NCBI RefSeq assembly: GCF_004010195.1 | Contig: NC_057719.1 | Span: forward strand, 8,054,190 to 8,118,189 | Source of the DNA: Chiloscyllium plagiosum | Taxonomy: Eukaryota | Direction of reading: 5' to 3' | DNA length: 64,000 bases | Shown here: one piece after another, positions 48,741 to 61,833 of the stretch | How positions within the stretch are numbered: position 1 is the stretch's first letter | Layout of the letters: each line of letters opens with the position of its first letter | Made by a program: the position numbers and the translations under genes | Notes under the pieces: generated by a model | Database searches by the model: none | Told to the model about the DNA's origin: nothing | What the model saw: only the letters and a program-made list of their open reading frames with translations

Positions 48741-51700
48741 TTTTCTGGCCTTTCTTTATAACTCAAACCTTCCATACCTGGGAAGATCCTGGTAAATCTT
48801 TTCTGAATCTTCTCCCACTTAATAATATCCTTCCTAGTTGAGGATGATATGTTCACTAGATAGTAAAGATACAATGAAGGGAAATAAAGAAGTTGTCAGT
48901 GTAAGGTTAGTAACTTTTGAATGTGTCACTACAAGAATTTGTTTCAAGGCCTGGATGTATTTTTGTTATTGTGTCACCATAGCCTTGCCAGACTATAGGG
49001 ACTGCTTTCTCATTCGAGAGAAGCAACTGGTGGTGATTTAACCTGAGGGCCACAAGACTTCAGGCGATGGAAGAGGTTCAGAAACAAAGTTCTTCATGGT
49101 AACCTCAAACCAGTGATGAAATGAACCCATGTTGTTGGCATCACACTACTCTGCAAACCAATGATCCAGCCAACTGAGCTAAACCAATTCCTGCTGGATA
49201 TATGATTGGAAAGTGAATGGATTTGCTCAGTTCAGTGTTGCAACAAATCCATTTTTAATTGGCTTCACTAGCTAAAGCAGGTTTTCCTTAGCTAAAGAAA
49301 CATTTCGATGATGTGAGGTCATCCTGAGTTAAAAGTTTTTAAAATGAAGCAATCTTACAATTCAGGTGAGCTAATAAAAATAATGAGGTATATCAGCAGC
49401 TGTAAAAAGGCTATGGTAATGTTGAGAAAAGCACCATGGAGAGAGCAAAATCAACCTTTTGTAACCTAGGAGCATTTTGATACACTAACTCCATTTAATG
49501 GAATATCAGTTTTATTGTGGAGGAATGTATGTTTGGTTGGTGAAGATAGGGAAGTCAGTGGAGTAGGAATAATTTGATTTGATTTATCATTCTTACATAT
49601 ACCCAAGATACAGTGAGAAGCATTGTTTTGCATGCTAACCAGACAAATCATACCTTACATAAGTACATCAGGGTAATAAAACAGAATACAAAATAATTGC
49701 GGTCTTATTCGGAGCAGTTACTGTACCAGGCTGTGATGCATCCATATAAGGTACGGGCAAATGTGCATATCATGTATAATATGATGACATATGCTTAATG
49801 AAATTGTGCCCTGAAGCAAACAGGACCTTGCACGTAGTATATTTCTCATCGGCAAAAGTGGTTTGGAGCTCAATAAGAAGGGGAAGTGTAAACTTCCATC
49901 TAGGTCAGCATGAGATGATGTCATTAGTATCCACAGTTCTTGAGGACTGGCAGTTCCAACCTGCAGCAGGAGCTGAATATAAATAGTGACAGAAATGTTG
50001 TGTGCAGGCAAATAAGGATTTTTTTTGGCTCTGCCTGTAGTAATGACCACGGCTACAGCATTGAAAGGTTTGTAACTTACATGATAGATTGAGCCCTGAA
50101 GGTTTATCCTGTCGATGCACCTTACTTAAACAGGTTAGAGGTTCTGAGGTTGATGAACAGCGAGCTTCAGACAGAATGGAAGATGCTGGGGCTGAAGCTA
50201 CAGGAGATTGGGATTATTAACCATTTGAAAACTGGAGCAACATCTGCACAGGTCGCTAACACTAGAATTCCCTCAAGGGATTATTGTGGCAGCATTTGTG
50301 TGGCAAATCTAGAATAGTTTTTTTTGAACTGAAGTATCATTAAAATCTGTAAAAATAGGTTTATTATTCTATCAAATTACAAATGAAAACCTTCTTGCCT
50401 CATCAGTCCTACTCACTCTGTTGAAGTTTGCCAACATTGGCCAGTTTCTGCAGTTTCTAATTTTGTCTTGCTGCGCCAGAAGGATACTTTAACAAATAAT
50501 GAATAAAGTACAGAGAATGCTGAAAATCTGAAAGGAAAATTGAAATTCCAGGAACACTTTGCAAAAGTCTTGTGATGCAAGGTCATTGACTTGAAGTGTC
50601 TCTGTCTCTGCAGTTGCTTCCTTCCCCACTTAGAGATTGCAGCATTTTCTGCTTTTACATCAGATTACTTAAATACAAAGCCTCTGCATGCTGGTTCTCT
50701 CCAGTGACAAATTCATTTGGTTTGTGCTGATTCAACCACACTGGAAAGATTTGTGCTTAACTTTCTTGTTCGGGGCGTTGGATCTTCTCTGATCTCATCG
50801 AAGGTTCGTTATGAGAAGAGAGCCTAAGTTGGACTTTATTGAGGTGTTAGCCTTGGCTCAGAATGCAATCCATTCTTATATAGCTGGGCTGAGAACTTAG
50901 AGCTGGGTAGAATGGAAAGCAGATGTACTGAAAGTGAAAGAATGGTCTTTAAACCCCAATTCTCTTTTCAAATGTTATGCAGAATGTTTGGTTTGGTTCA
51001 TATTGTTGATCCCTCTAAGACTGATGCTTATGGGTTCAAATTCTATCTGAGGAAGTAATCTGGCCCACCACTTTGATGCCGTATTGTAAGGGATATTTTC
51101 CTTTAGCATGGGATATTAAACTGACCTATCTGTCTGTTAAAAGTCTATGGTACTGTTAGAAAAGAGTAGAGGCATCTGCAAGTGCCTTGACCAACATTCC
51201 CCTTGAAACAAAACAGATTAACTGACCAATGCAGTTTGTGGGACCTTGCTGTGTATACCATGGCTGTCTCATTTACCACCAAAAAGCATCTTTACAAATC
51301 AAATGATTGTATGGGAATCACTTGGTATCAATGTGCTCAAATGCTAGAAAAATGCAAGTTTTTTTTCTCTGCATTATGCACTGACCATACAGGTCCTTAG
51401 GAAAAATAAGTATGAAACTAGCGTTGCACATCCCAGTGTTAACACTGAGCATTGGACCAACTTCAAGCACTCCCAAAGGGAACTTGCAGATTCTGTGATT
51501 GTACATACTGAATCGTTCACACTTGGTGGTCTATCAGCACCAGCCTTGAACACTAAACACTATGTTGGAGCAACTATCTGAGCATGCTGTAAAATTCTAC
51601 TGACTTAAATTTGAGATGGCTATTACAACTTGAAAAGCACTCGTTGATATCGGCTATGTGACAAATGTAGCATGTAACATGGCCCATAATAATGGAAAGA

Positions 51701-52069
51701 TATTCATCTGTAAGGAATTTAAATGGGTTTGGTTAGCAGTGATGGGCCCAGGGTACATATAAAGATGGGGCTTTATAGACCAAAGCAATGATTTTTGAGT
51801 TATGCTAAAAATACCAGCTAGTGGATAACTTTGATTGCTCAGATCAGGATAACCGAGTGGATTCGAGGAAGAACTGAGAGATTTGAAATTGAAATAGTGC
51901 ACAAGGCACTGCTGGGAGATTAGCATGTTCAGTCAGCTGTAAATGTAACCTACACAGGATGACAATCAATGGATTTTTTAAAAAAAAAACCCTTATCAAA
52001 GTGGGTGCATGTGGTAATGGGATTTTAGGCAAAACTGGATTTTCAGATTTGAATTAAGCTCTGTAATGA

Positions 52070-52450
52070 ATTTTAAATGATGATACCAGAATTGAGAGGT
52101 TAAAGCTATTGCGAAAGGCAGAGTAGGATGAGACTTTTTCTTTAGAAAAGAGAAGCCTTTGTGGGCTGTGAGTCAACTTAACAGAGACCTTCAAAATTAG
52201 GTAGGGGATAATAGGGTAGAAGTAGAGAAGATGTTTTCATTTGTGAGTGAGTCCAAAATTAGTAGCCATACCAAATAGTTACCAATAATTCCAAGAAGGA
52301 ATTCATGCAAAACTTCTTTGCTCACCTCACTCATAGGTGGACTGGCCGATGTGCATAGCATAAATAAACTTATTGAGCAATTAGCCAAGTACGTAAGGAA
52401 GGGAATAAAACAGTGTGTAGATAAGATGAGATGAAGTACAGTGGAATGGC
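52070..52450 (+). mobile_element. Old CR1 3' fragment
   Basis: atgataccagaattgagagg..ttttctttagaaaagagaag..gtagagaagatgttttca. Confidence 0.6.
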
Positions 52451-52594
52451 TCAAATTTTCTTTGCTGTCAATTCCGCCTAATATTTAATCCTATGTGACT
52501 TGGATAACATATATTTACAATGTTACTGGAGGAGCTGGGAGTGTGTTGGGTATATGTTGACAAGTTGAGCACATAAAAGTAATTGCATGAATTT

Positions 52595-53210
52595 GATAAG
52601 AATATGTCTTGCATTTCAGCATCATCATGTCTTGGGATGACCCAAAGTTCCCTCTAGCCACTGAAGAACTTGTAGTCACTATCACAACATAGGAAACAAA
52701 ACAGGCACAGAACAACTCCCATTAAAAAGCAATGCGATAACAATCAGATCATTATCTTTTATTAATGTTAATTGAAACATAAATATCTATCAGGACATCA
52801 GCAAGGACTCCCCTGGTTTTCTTTGAAACTGTACTGCATCCTTACTGCATCAGTCTGGTGGACATGTAACTCTAGTCCCACAGCGATGTAGTTGTTTCTT
52901 AACTGCCCTTTGAAATGGCCTAGCAAGCCTCTCAGTTCAAGGTTAATTGGAGAGGGAGATAACACTGACCTTGCCAGTGATGCTCACATCCCATGAGAGA
53001 ATAGAGTTCTTTTACATCTAACTTAAGAGTGCAGACATGGTCTCATTTTAGTGTCTCATCAAAATATCGCACACTGTCTGTGCAGCATGTCTCAGAACTC
53101 AACTGAAATGTCAGCCTAGGTTTTTATGCTTAAATTTCTGTAGTGCAAATAAAACTCGGAGTCTTCTGAACCAGAGGCGAATGCTACCAATGGATGCACA
53201 GCTGACCTGA
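52595..53210 (-). mobile_element. Deu-domain SINE with a nested SINE tail (~52850-53005, +)
   Basis: caggacatcagcaaggactccc..; gtctcatcaaaa..gtcagcctag..tgctacc. Confidence 0.55.
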
Positions 53211-55044
53211 GTGCCTGTAGTCGTTTTTCTATTGATTGTTCCATCCCACAGTGATAGCACACTTGAAGTCAAGCCCCATTATTCCCAAAGTCATCTTACA
53301 TGAACTGCTGAAGGAAAAATAAACCGGTTTTCTTCAAGCTTAAATGTCTTTTTCTGCAGACATCAGAGACAAAGGTTAAGAAGAATTTAGATATTCTCTT
53401 ACAATGTCAAGGCATACATGACTCTGGGCTGACTGCTGGAACATGAAATTTGTATAGTTAGGTGGTAGTTTTTGACCGGCACAGAATCAATAGGTCAAAA
53501 GGCCATTTTCTTTGATGTCGTCCTCTATGATTGTATGACACCTTGTCAATTTGCAAAGTCATCAGCAAAAGTTAAAGAGTTTAAAACGTGTGCAGAATTT
53601 CCCAATTTACTATCTTTCAGGCCCAGGTTGACAGAGTGCGTGGACTGGTAATAGTATTTAACAGGAATCACTATTTATTACAAATAAATGGACTTTAGAA
53701 TTGTTCTAAAGGTCACTTGACCCAAAACGCTAACTCTGATTTCTCTCCACAAATGCTGCCAGACCTGTTGAACTTTTCCAGCAATCTCTACTTTTGCACA
53801 AAATAATGGGTGTGTGGATGGAAAGAAAGACTGGGAAAGCAGTTTAATGGTCGCTGTTCACAAGGTTTGCTGAGAGAATTCTTGAGCTTGCCAGAATGCT
53901 GCTTCTCAATTTTCGTCTCCAGTACTTAGTCTTGTTTGCAGGAGGCACATGGTGACTGGTTCACACCTTATAAAGGTCTCTAACTTATTAAACATCATAG
54001 CTTACATAACCTGCTGAAGGCAAAATAGACTAGTTTTCTTCAGATTTAGTGTTGTTTTTTCGGCAGAGAACAGAGACACTGACTGAAGTTGCAGAGACCT
54101 GATTCATTCTCACTATCTCATTCACAGCTCCAAGCTTTTTAGCGACCTGAGAGGCAATTATGTAGTTGGCAGGCAGAGGCTTTTGTCATTGGTCTGTGGA
54201 CTAGTGATCAGTTACCAGTCAGCTTCTTGTTTCTGGCTGGATCTCCAGTTGTACTTAGACCTTGGCTCCAGCTCATCTGCAGACTATCCATCATTGCATG
54301 AACCAGCAGCTGTGTATACAGCACTTATAATGAGTGTTAAGTGGCTTGCTTTTAAAATGTGCTGTAATACTTCAACAACCCTTGTGTTTTTTTTTAAACA
54401 GTCCTTTTTACATTTCAGCTAATTAAAAAATTTTACAATTAAGAAGTATAGAAAAATGAATACATGAGGTCTTTACATGAACTGGTGCTTGCTGGTCTTG
54501 CTGGATTCTAACACCCAGGATCCACTAGCAGGTAACAACCTCAGAGAAAACTTACTGCATTTGCAAAGGATGACAGCAAAGAGACGGCAAGATCTCCCAT
54601 GGTTGTAGTCTCAGTACTGGTAGTTTATTTGGGTATTGTTGACTGTAGAAAAACTGGTATATCAAGAGCCAGTGGCACTATGCCAGCTTTAAATCAATAT
54701 ATGTGAGCTTGGATATGCGTGAATCTGTGAATGTATGTGTGGACTTTTCAATACTGCATTGTCTAAGGTGTCATATTTTTGCATAAGGCTTTAAACTGGA
54801 TTCTTGTTTGCAAAAGCTCCCAAGGCACAATTCAAAGTTTTCCCAGAGACCTGTCCAACATATGCCTTTCAACCTACAGCATTAAAAACAGATTAATTGC
54901 TCATTCGTTGTTTTACTCTTGGCTGCCGTACTTGCCTGTATAAACATAGACTGCTGTTCAAAGGTAATTTATTAGCTGTGCAGCACCTCGGAGTGTCCCT
55001 TGGAAATGATAATCTGCTATGTAAATAAAAGTTCCTTCACTTTC

Positions 55045-55495
55045 CTGATTGGAAGCAGTTCAGAGAAGGTTCCATGGGTTGATTCCAGGATTAGGGGTTT
55101 GTCGTAAATGCAAAGATTGAGCAGACTGGGCCTGTACTCACTGGAGTTTCAAAGAGTTAAAAGCAACCTTATTGAAGCCTGTAATATTTCTGAGAGAGCT
55201 TCGTGCTGAGAGGAAGTCCCCTCTCATGGGAGAGTCTAGAATGAGAAATCACAGTTTCAAATTAATGGGCCACCCATGTAAGAAAGAAATGAGGAGGTTA
55301 TTCTTTTCTCGGTGATTAGTCCTTAGAATTCGCTCCTCAAACGAGCTCTGGCGGCTGAGACAATGAATATGTTCAAGGCTGAGATAGATAGATTTTTTGA
55401 TCACAGGTGAGTTGATGATTTTGGGGGAGCTGGCAGGAAAGTGGAGTTAAAGTAACACTAGAAAAGCCGTTTTCTTGTCCAATGGCGCGACAGTC
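55045..55495 (+). mobile_element. Old CR1 3' fragment
   Basis: ggaagcagttcagagaaggttc..ttgagcagactgggcctgtactcactggagttt..aaggctgagatagatagattttt. Confidence 0.75.
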
Positions 55496-55635
55496 TCATG
55501 TTGTAACTAGCATAGTGCCACCTCAAACCATCTACACCGTCCTTTGATCTTCCTATTTATCGTCATTTATCGTCAAAATTGCCAAAATGGTATCAGTTAG
55601 GGCCAGTTTTGTACTCTTGAATTTTGATAAACGGA

Positions 55636-56500
55636 GTGGAATTGAATTGAATTAAGTTGAATTTATTGTCACATGTACGGCAGCAAAAACCAAAACACAG
55701 GTACAGGCGAATGTTATGAGTTTGTGAGTTCATTCACAATCAGGTAGAAACTGTTTTGAAACCAGCTGGTGCGTGTGTTCATGTTTCTGTACCTTCTTCA
55801 CCCGATGGTGGAGGGTGTAGAAAAACATCGCCAGGGTGGGATGGGTCTTTGAGAATGCTGGTGGCCTTTCCCTGACAGCGAGCCTGGTAGATGGATTCTA
55901 TAGATGGGAGGTTGGCCTTTGTAATTATCCGGGCCAAGTTCACCACTCTCTGTAACAATCTTGAATGCTACAGTTGCCATACCAGGTGGTGATACATCCA
56001 GACAGAATGCTCTCGATGATGCGCCTATAAAAGTTGGCAAGGGTATTCACCGTCATGCCAAATTTCCTCAGCTGTCTGAGGAAGAAGAGACGTTGTTGTG
56101 CCTTTGTAACCAGTGCCTCCACATGAAGAGTCCAAGAAAGCTTGTTGTAGATGACCACTCCCAGGAGCTTGACACTCTCCACTCATTCCACCTGTGTGCT
56201 GTCAATATGTACAGGGGGCATGAGTAACATCCTGCCGAAAGGCAGTAATGAGTTCCTTGGTTTTGCCGACATTGAGAGCTAGGTTGTTCTCAGTGTACCA
56301 TTTTTCCAGATCTTCCACCGCCTGTCGTCAGTTTCATCGCCATCTGAGATTCGACTGACTATGGTGGTGTCATCAGCGAACTTGTCATGGATATACAGTG
56401 AGTCCAGTTGTGGGTTGAGTACACACCCCTGGGGGGGCTCCAGTATTGAGTGCTAGTGAGGATGAAATATTGTCCCCAATCTTCACTAATTGTAGCCACA
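55636..56500 (-). mobile_element. Rex1/Babar-clade LINE, 3' part
   Basis: LNTGAPQGCVL..KFADDTT; ESVKLLGVVIYNKLSWTLHVEALVTKAQQRLFFLRQLRKFGM..FYRRIIESILSGCITTWYGNCS; gtgacaataaattcaa tail. Confidence 0.88.
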
Positions 56501-56533
56501 TTTGCCAAACTCAGTGACTACCAGAGCATTATA

Positions 56534-56672
56534 ATCTAGATTAGAGTGGTGCTGGAAAAGCACGGCAGGTCAGGCAGCATCCGAGGAGCAGGAAAATCGA
56601 CGTTTCAGGCAAAAGCACTTCATCAGGAATAGAGGCAGGGTGCCTGCAGAGTGGAGAGATAAATGAGGTTTT
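56534..56672 (-). mobile_element. PLE-terminus insertion with a 15-bp TSD and a hammerhead core (stem II mutated)
   Basis: TSD taccagagcattata at 56519-56533 and 56673-56687; reverse complement CTGATGA-A-gtgc-tttt-gcct-GAAA-C-GTC. Confidence 0.85.
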
Positions 56673-57336
56673 TACCAGAGCATTATAGCCAAGAGAGAAA
56701 TTAGTTTCAATTGCTTCAGTTTGGGCTGGTGATTTGCAGCATATTATATTAGCTTGATATAAAATAGGTCTAAGAAAGTTGGAGAACTAAAAATAGTAAC
56801 AAAAGAAAGGAAAGGTAAGGCAATATGCTATTAGATATAGGTTATATATGTTCAAGCTTTGTGAGGGGTTTGATGTTTAAAGAATGCAGAAGTATCTAAT
56901 TAGAACACTGTATCATGGTATTGGGGAGATCTGATGGGCTTAAGATCATATTAGAAATTTGAGTGTTAAGCAATTTTGTGACCTGTGTGATTTCTTTAAC
57001 CTTTATGAATCTATATGGCAAAAAAAAATTCCTCCCAAGTACAGAAATAACGGACAGCAGCCTGATACTTGTTAAAGTCTAAAAGGAGAGAACAAATACT
57101 TTTCAACTGTGTTCTGATCCCATTTTTCATGAGTAATGTAGGATGGGTGACCTAAGGTTTTGTGACTGAATTGGGTTTTAAGGAGTCTCTAACAGGAGGA
57201 GGATGAGTAAGAGAGATGCAAAGGTTTTGCAAATTCCAGTGGTTAGGATCGAGATGCAGCCATCAATGGTGGAACGATTGAAATTGTGGATGTGCAAGGG
57301 ACTAGAATTGGAGTAAAGTCGGAACCTGTCCAATTA

Positions 57337-57933
57337 GTGTGGTGCTGGAAGATCACAGCAGGTCAGGCAGCATCTGAGGAGCAGGAGATGATTATGCCCA
57401 AAGCGTCAATTCTCCTGCTGCTTGGATGCTACCTGACCTGCTGTGCTTTTCCAGCACCACACTTTTCGACTCTGATCTCCAGTATCTGCAGTCCTCACTT
57501 TCTCCTCGAAGATTTTAACCTACTGCGAATCCTCTTACAAGGATGCCTTCCTTGAAGAAGCTCTCTTCCTCCCTCTACATAAATTTGAGCTTATTCTAGA
57601 TGACACTCAGGGCTGAGCACACCCCAGGTCATCTCCTCTGCACAGAAGCTCAGTCAAATCCCTCGAACTCAGCACCGCTTTCCTAACCTGCAATCTTCTT
57701 CCTGACCTCTCTGCCCCCACCCCACTCCGGCCTATCACCCTCACCTTGACCTCCTTCCATCTATCGCATTTCCAACGCCCCTCCCCCAAGTCCCTCCTCC
57801 CTACCTTTTATCTTAGCCTGCTGGACACACTTTCCTCATTCCTGAAGAAGGGCTCATGCCCGAAACATCGATTCTCCTGTTCCTTGGATACTGCCTGACC
57901 TGCTGCGCTTTTCCAGCAACACATTTTCGGCTC
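57337..57933 (+). mobile_element. Rearranged PLE remnant: inverted terminus, 5' segment, 3' UTR and terminus
   Basis: Fold-back at 57337-57463; 3' terminus CTGAAGA-A-GGGC-tcat-GCCC-GAAA-C-ATC at 57842-57869. Confidence 0.8.
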
Positions 57934-58040
57934 TAAGCTCAAATTTATCCTAGTAGTATGAAGAATGATTCTAAGTGATAATTAAAAAAAAGTCCTTGAT
58001 TTCCTAAATTAATATTGGTTTATGTATTGTCCTTCAATAG

Positions 58041-58102
58041 AGTTACTGCAAAAGATGTGTCAGAAGGATGAAGAGATGAGAGCATTGCAGGTACGATATG
58101 AT
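58041..58102 (+). CDS. Candidate internal coding exon, coiled-coil-like (xLLQKMCQKDEEMRALQVRYD); gene unidentified
   Basis: Acceptor tatgtattgtccttcaatag, donor GAT|gtgagt (alternative CAG|gtacga at 58090); purine-rich; phase 1 to 0. Confidence 0.45.
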
Positions 58103-58357
58103 GTGAGTATAACTTTTTCTCGTTTAGCGTAAAAGCTCGTAAGGAGCAGGCAGCCACATTTGTGGAACTGAGAAAGTACATGGGGATGATACTATGTATG
58201 TCTGTTGAAGATGTTGCAGTGACATGGAGCTTCTTTTCATTGTCCAAATCAATATTACAGCATCTGTATGGGCCAGTTACACTGTTTTTTGCTCTCATTC
58301 CTCTTACTGTCATCAGAGGGGTGCGTAGCGGGTAAAACATCTTGAAGCCAACAGTGA

Positions 58358-58535
58358 AAGCAAAATACCACGGATGCTGGAAACCTGAAACAAACACAGA
58401 GAATGCTGGAGAAACTCAGCAGGTCAAGAACACTTCTTCTGCATAACTCATACCTTGTCAAAACATTCACTCTGTTTTTCCCTTTCCGTAGTTGTTGCCA
58501 GACCTGCTGTCTTTCTCAGCATTCTCTCTGTTTGT
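58358..58535. mobile_element. PLE-terminus fold-back unit with a 16-bp TSD (1 mismatch)
   Basis: ttgaag(c/g)caacagtga at 58342-58357 and 58536-58551. Confidence 0.8.
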
Positions 58536-58894
58536 TTGAAGGCAACAGTGATTGTTTCATAAAAATAGATAGTATCGCAAATATTTTATTCCTTATTCAT
58601 ATAACTTTTCGTATGTACCGAACTGTGGCCTAAGCAGTTTGAAAGACACTGAAAACTTACATGATCCAAGACAAAACATCACACTTGTAAAGGTACATTA
58701 ACAGTAACCTTGAACCGCAGTAACTTTCCAGGGCTGCTTCAGCAGCAATTCCTAAACCCACAATCTCTACTACGTAGAAAAACAGGCACATGGCAACATC
58801 ATTGACTTGTAAGTTTCCCTTCAAGTCGCTCTCAATCCTACCTTGGCAACATGTTGCAGTTCCTCTATTGATGCTAAATCAAAATCAAAAAGAT

Positions 58895-60490
58895 AGTTAG
58901 ATGTGCAGAGGGGGTGGGATTGCCTTATTAGTAAGAAATAAAATTAAATCAGTAGTAAGAAACAAAGTAGGGTCAGATGGTTAGGATCTGTGTGGATCGA
59001 ATTGAGGAACCGCAAAGGGAGAAGATTAAATATGTGAGTAAGCTAGCCATTAATATAAAGGCAGACTGTAAGATTTTCTTTAGATATATAAAGGGCAAAA
59101 GTGAGGCAAAAGTGGACATTGGGCAGCTGGAAAATGACGCTGGAGATAGTAGTGGAGAACAAGGAAATGCCTGTGGAACTGAATAATTACTTTGTGTTCG
59201 TCTTCACAGTGGAAAACACGAGTAACATCCCAAAAATTCAAGAGTCAGGGGCTAGAGCTGAGTATGGTGGCCATCACCAAAGAGAAGGTACTAGAAATGC
59301 TCAATGGCCTGTTGGTGGATAAATCACATGGACGAGATGGACTACATCTCAGACTTCTAAGTGAGGGTCCCAGAGGACTGGAAAATCACTAACGTGACAC
59401 TCTGTTTATAAAAGGAGTACGGCAAAAGACAGAAAATTACTGACTGCTTAGCCTAACCTTGGTTATGAGTAAGATCCTGGCATCCATTGTGAAGGTTGAG
59501 ATTTCTGAACACTTGAAAGTGTATGGTAAAATAAGGTAAAATCAGCATGGTTTCATCAAGGAGCGGTTATGCCCAACAAATCCGCTTGAACTCTTTGAGG
59601 AAGTAACAAGCAGGTTAGACCAAGAAAAGCCAAGGAAAGCCAAGGAAAGGATGTTATCTACCTGGACTTCAAGAAGGCCTTTGACAAGGTGCCACACAGA
59701 AAGCTATTGGGTAAGGTAAGGGCCCATGATGTCAGAGGCAAGGTGCTAGGATGGATTGAAGTTTGGCTGTCTGGCAGAAAGGAGAGAGTGGGGATAAAAG
59801 GGCCCTCCTCAGAATGGCAGCTGGTGACAAGTGGTGTTCCGCAGGGCTCAGTTTAGGGGCCACAGCTTTTCACTTTATACATTAACGATCTAAATGGAGG
59901 AACTGAGGACAGTCTGGCTAAGTTTGCAAATCATATAAAGACAAGTTGAGGGACAGGTAGCATTGAGGAGGTGGGGAGGCTACAGAAGGATTTGGACAGG
60001 TTAAGAGAATGGGCAAGAAAGTGCCAGATGGAGTACATTGTGGGAAAGTGTGAGGTCATGCACTTTGGTAGGAAGAATAGAGGCACGGACTATTTTCTAG
60101 TTGGGGAGAATATTCAGAAGTTTGAAGTGCAAAGAGACTTGGGAGTTCCAGTTCAGGATTCCCTCAAGGTAAACTTGCAGGTTGAATCAGTAGTGAGGAA
60201 GGCAGATGCAATGATTGCATTTATTTTGAGAGGACTTGAATATAAAAGCAAGGATGTACTTCTGAAGCTCTATAAGGCTCTGGTCAGACCACATTTGGAG
60301 TATTGTCCACAGGTTTGGGCCCCATATCTCAGGAAGGATGTACTGGCCGTGGAGTGTGTTCAGAGGAAGTTCACAAGAATGGTCCCAGGAATGAAAAGCT
60401 TAACATGTGAGGAACATTTGAGGATGCTCGGTCTATACTGGATGGAGTTTAGAAGGATGAGGGGGGATCTTGCTGCTGGCATGGACTAGG
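58895..60490 (+). mobile_element. CR1 LINE ORF2 with internal deletions
   Basis: [73 protein letters not shown]. Confidence 0.93.
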
Positions 60491-60739
60491 TGAAAAGCTC
60501 TGTAATTTGAGTACTTTCTGAAAAAACGTTTTATTCTTATACTTGGCTTTTTGAGTAATTCGAGACTTTTTGAAAATCTTGTATTCCAATGTTGGACTAT
60601 TTATTCCTCTTTTGATTCTGTACCAAACACTGAGGTATCCTGTACCTAAGACGGTGCCATTACAAACTTTTCACTGCACTCAATTGGGTGCATGTGATAA
60701 TAAAGCCAATTCTGATTCTGTTATTATGGTTCAAATGAC

Positions 60740-61040
60740 TATATGACCACAAAGTGCAGGAGCAGAAGTAGCCATTCAGCCCATTGCTGCCTGATCTGCT
60801 GTGCTTTTCCAGCACTACACTCTCAACTCTGATCTCCAGCATCTGCAGACCTCACTTTCTCCCACTTCATTCAGCCCGTTGAGTCTGTTCCACCATTCAG
60901 TGAGACTATGGCTAATCTGATAGTCCTCAGCTTCGCTTTCCTGCCTTTTCCCTCAATACCCTTGATTGCTTTACTGATTAAAATGCTTTCTATCTCAGCC
61001 TTAAAACTGCTTAATGACCCAGCCTCAACAGCCCTCTGCA
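60740..61040 (-). mobile_element. CR1 3' end interrupted by a PLE-terminus piece (60783-60867)
   Basis: ggagcagaagtagccattcagccc; TSD cattcagccc at 60773-60782 and 60868-60877. Confidence 0.75.
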
Positions 61041-61170
61041 TTCTGAAGATGGGTCACTAGACTCGAAATGTTTACTCTGCGTTCTCTCTACAGATGCTAC
61101 CAGACCTGCTGAGTTTTTCCAGCAATTTTTATTTTTGTGTCCGAATTCCAGCATCAGCAATTATTTGTTT
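61041..61170 (+). mobile_element. PLE-terminus unit with a hammerhead-like core
   Basis: tt-CTGAAGA-t-GGGTC-acta-GACTC-GAAA-tgtt..cagatgctaccagacctgctgagtttttccagc. Confidence 0.65.
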
Positions 61171-61611
61171 CATGCTCATTCAGTTAACTCCTTAACCATT
61201 ACTTAATGTGTAAATCAATAGAAATATCTCTCTCCTTACATTTTAGGCACTTTACAAGTGAAAGCTTACTTTAATTTTCAAGAATGTTTTGAAAATTAAT
61301 AATCAGTCTGTATATTTTTCTGATGTTCATTGCATATTCAAACTCATCAGTTCCACTGGATGCTGGTACTGCAATCCAGTACATTTTTGACCATTTTTTA
61401 AATTTAATTTTTTTTTGCTGCGAATATAAAGAACTCAGAATGTCTCAAAGTATTTGACAGCCAATGACAAACTTCAAACAAACTATAGTTTTCACTACTT
61501 TAGCTTATTTATGTATTTAAAAAAACCACTGAATTAGAGGTGCTGCCTAGACCATGTTTTTTTTCAATTATTATGCTAAATGGTTTGGTTTTTGTGTGTG
61601 GTAAAACCCTT

Positions 61612-61833
61612 TAAGTAGTCTCCAGGTCACAAACAGGATTTGTTCCTGAGTATGACTGTAAATCAGTTTGTTTGCATGCCAAACACAATACAGTACAATA
61701 TAAAATATCAGTTTGTAAGTACAAACACACAGATCCCACATGTGGGATACTTAAAATTAATAGTATTGTGGGATCTTGCTTATGAGTACAAGCATGTGTA
61801 AGTCGAATGTTCATTAATTCGGGATTGCCTGTC
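61612..61833. mobile_element. Possible degraded Tigger/pogo-type MITE
   Basis: Left end gtagtctccaggtcacaaac and right end gttcattaattcgggattgcctg resemble cagg(t/c)agtcccc-type TIRs; heavily diverged. Confidence 0.3.

Noticed and set aside
59971..60489. 172-aa ORF as a functional gene (likewise the other CR1 ORFs)
   Set aside because: Fragment of CR1 ORF2, surrounded by stops, frameshifts and deletions.
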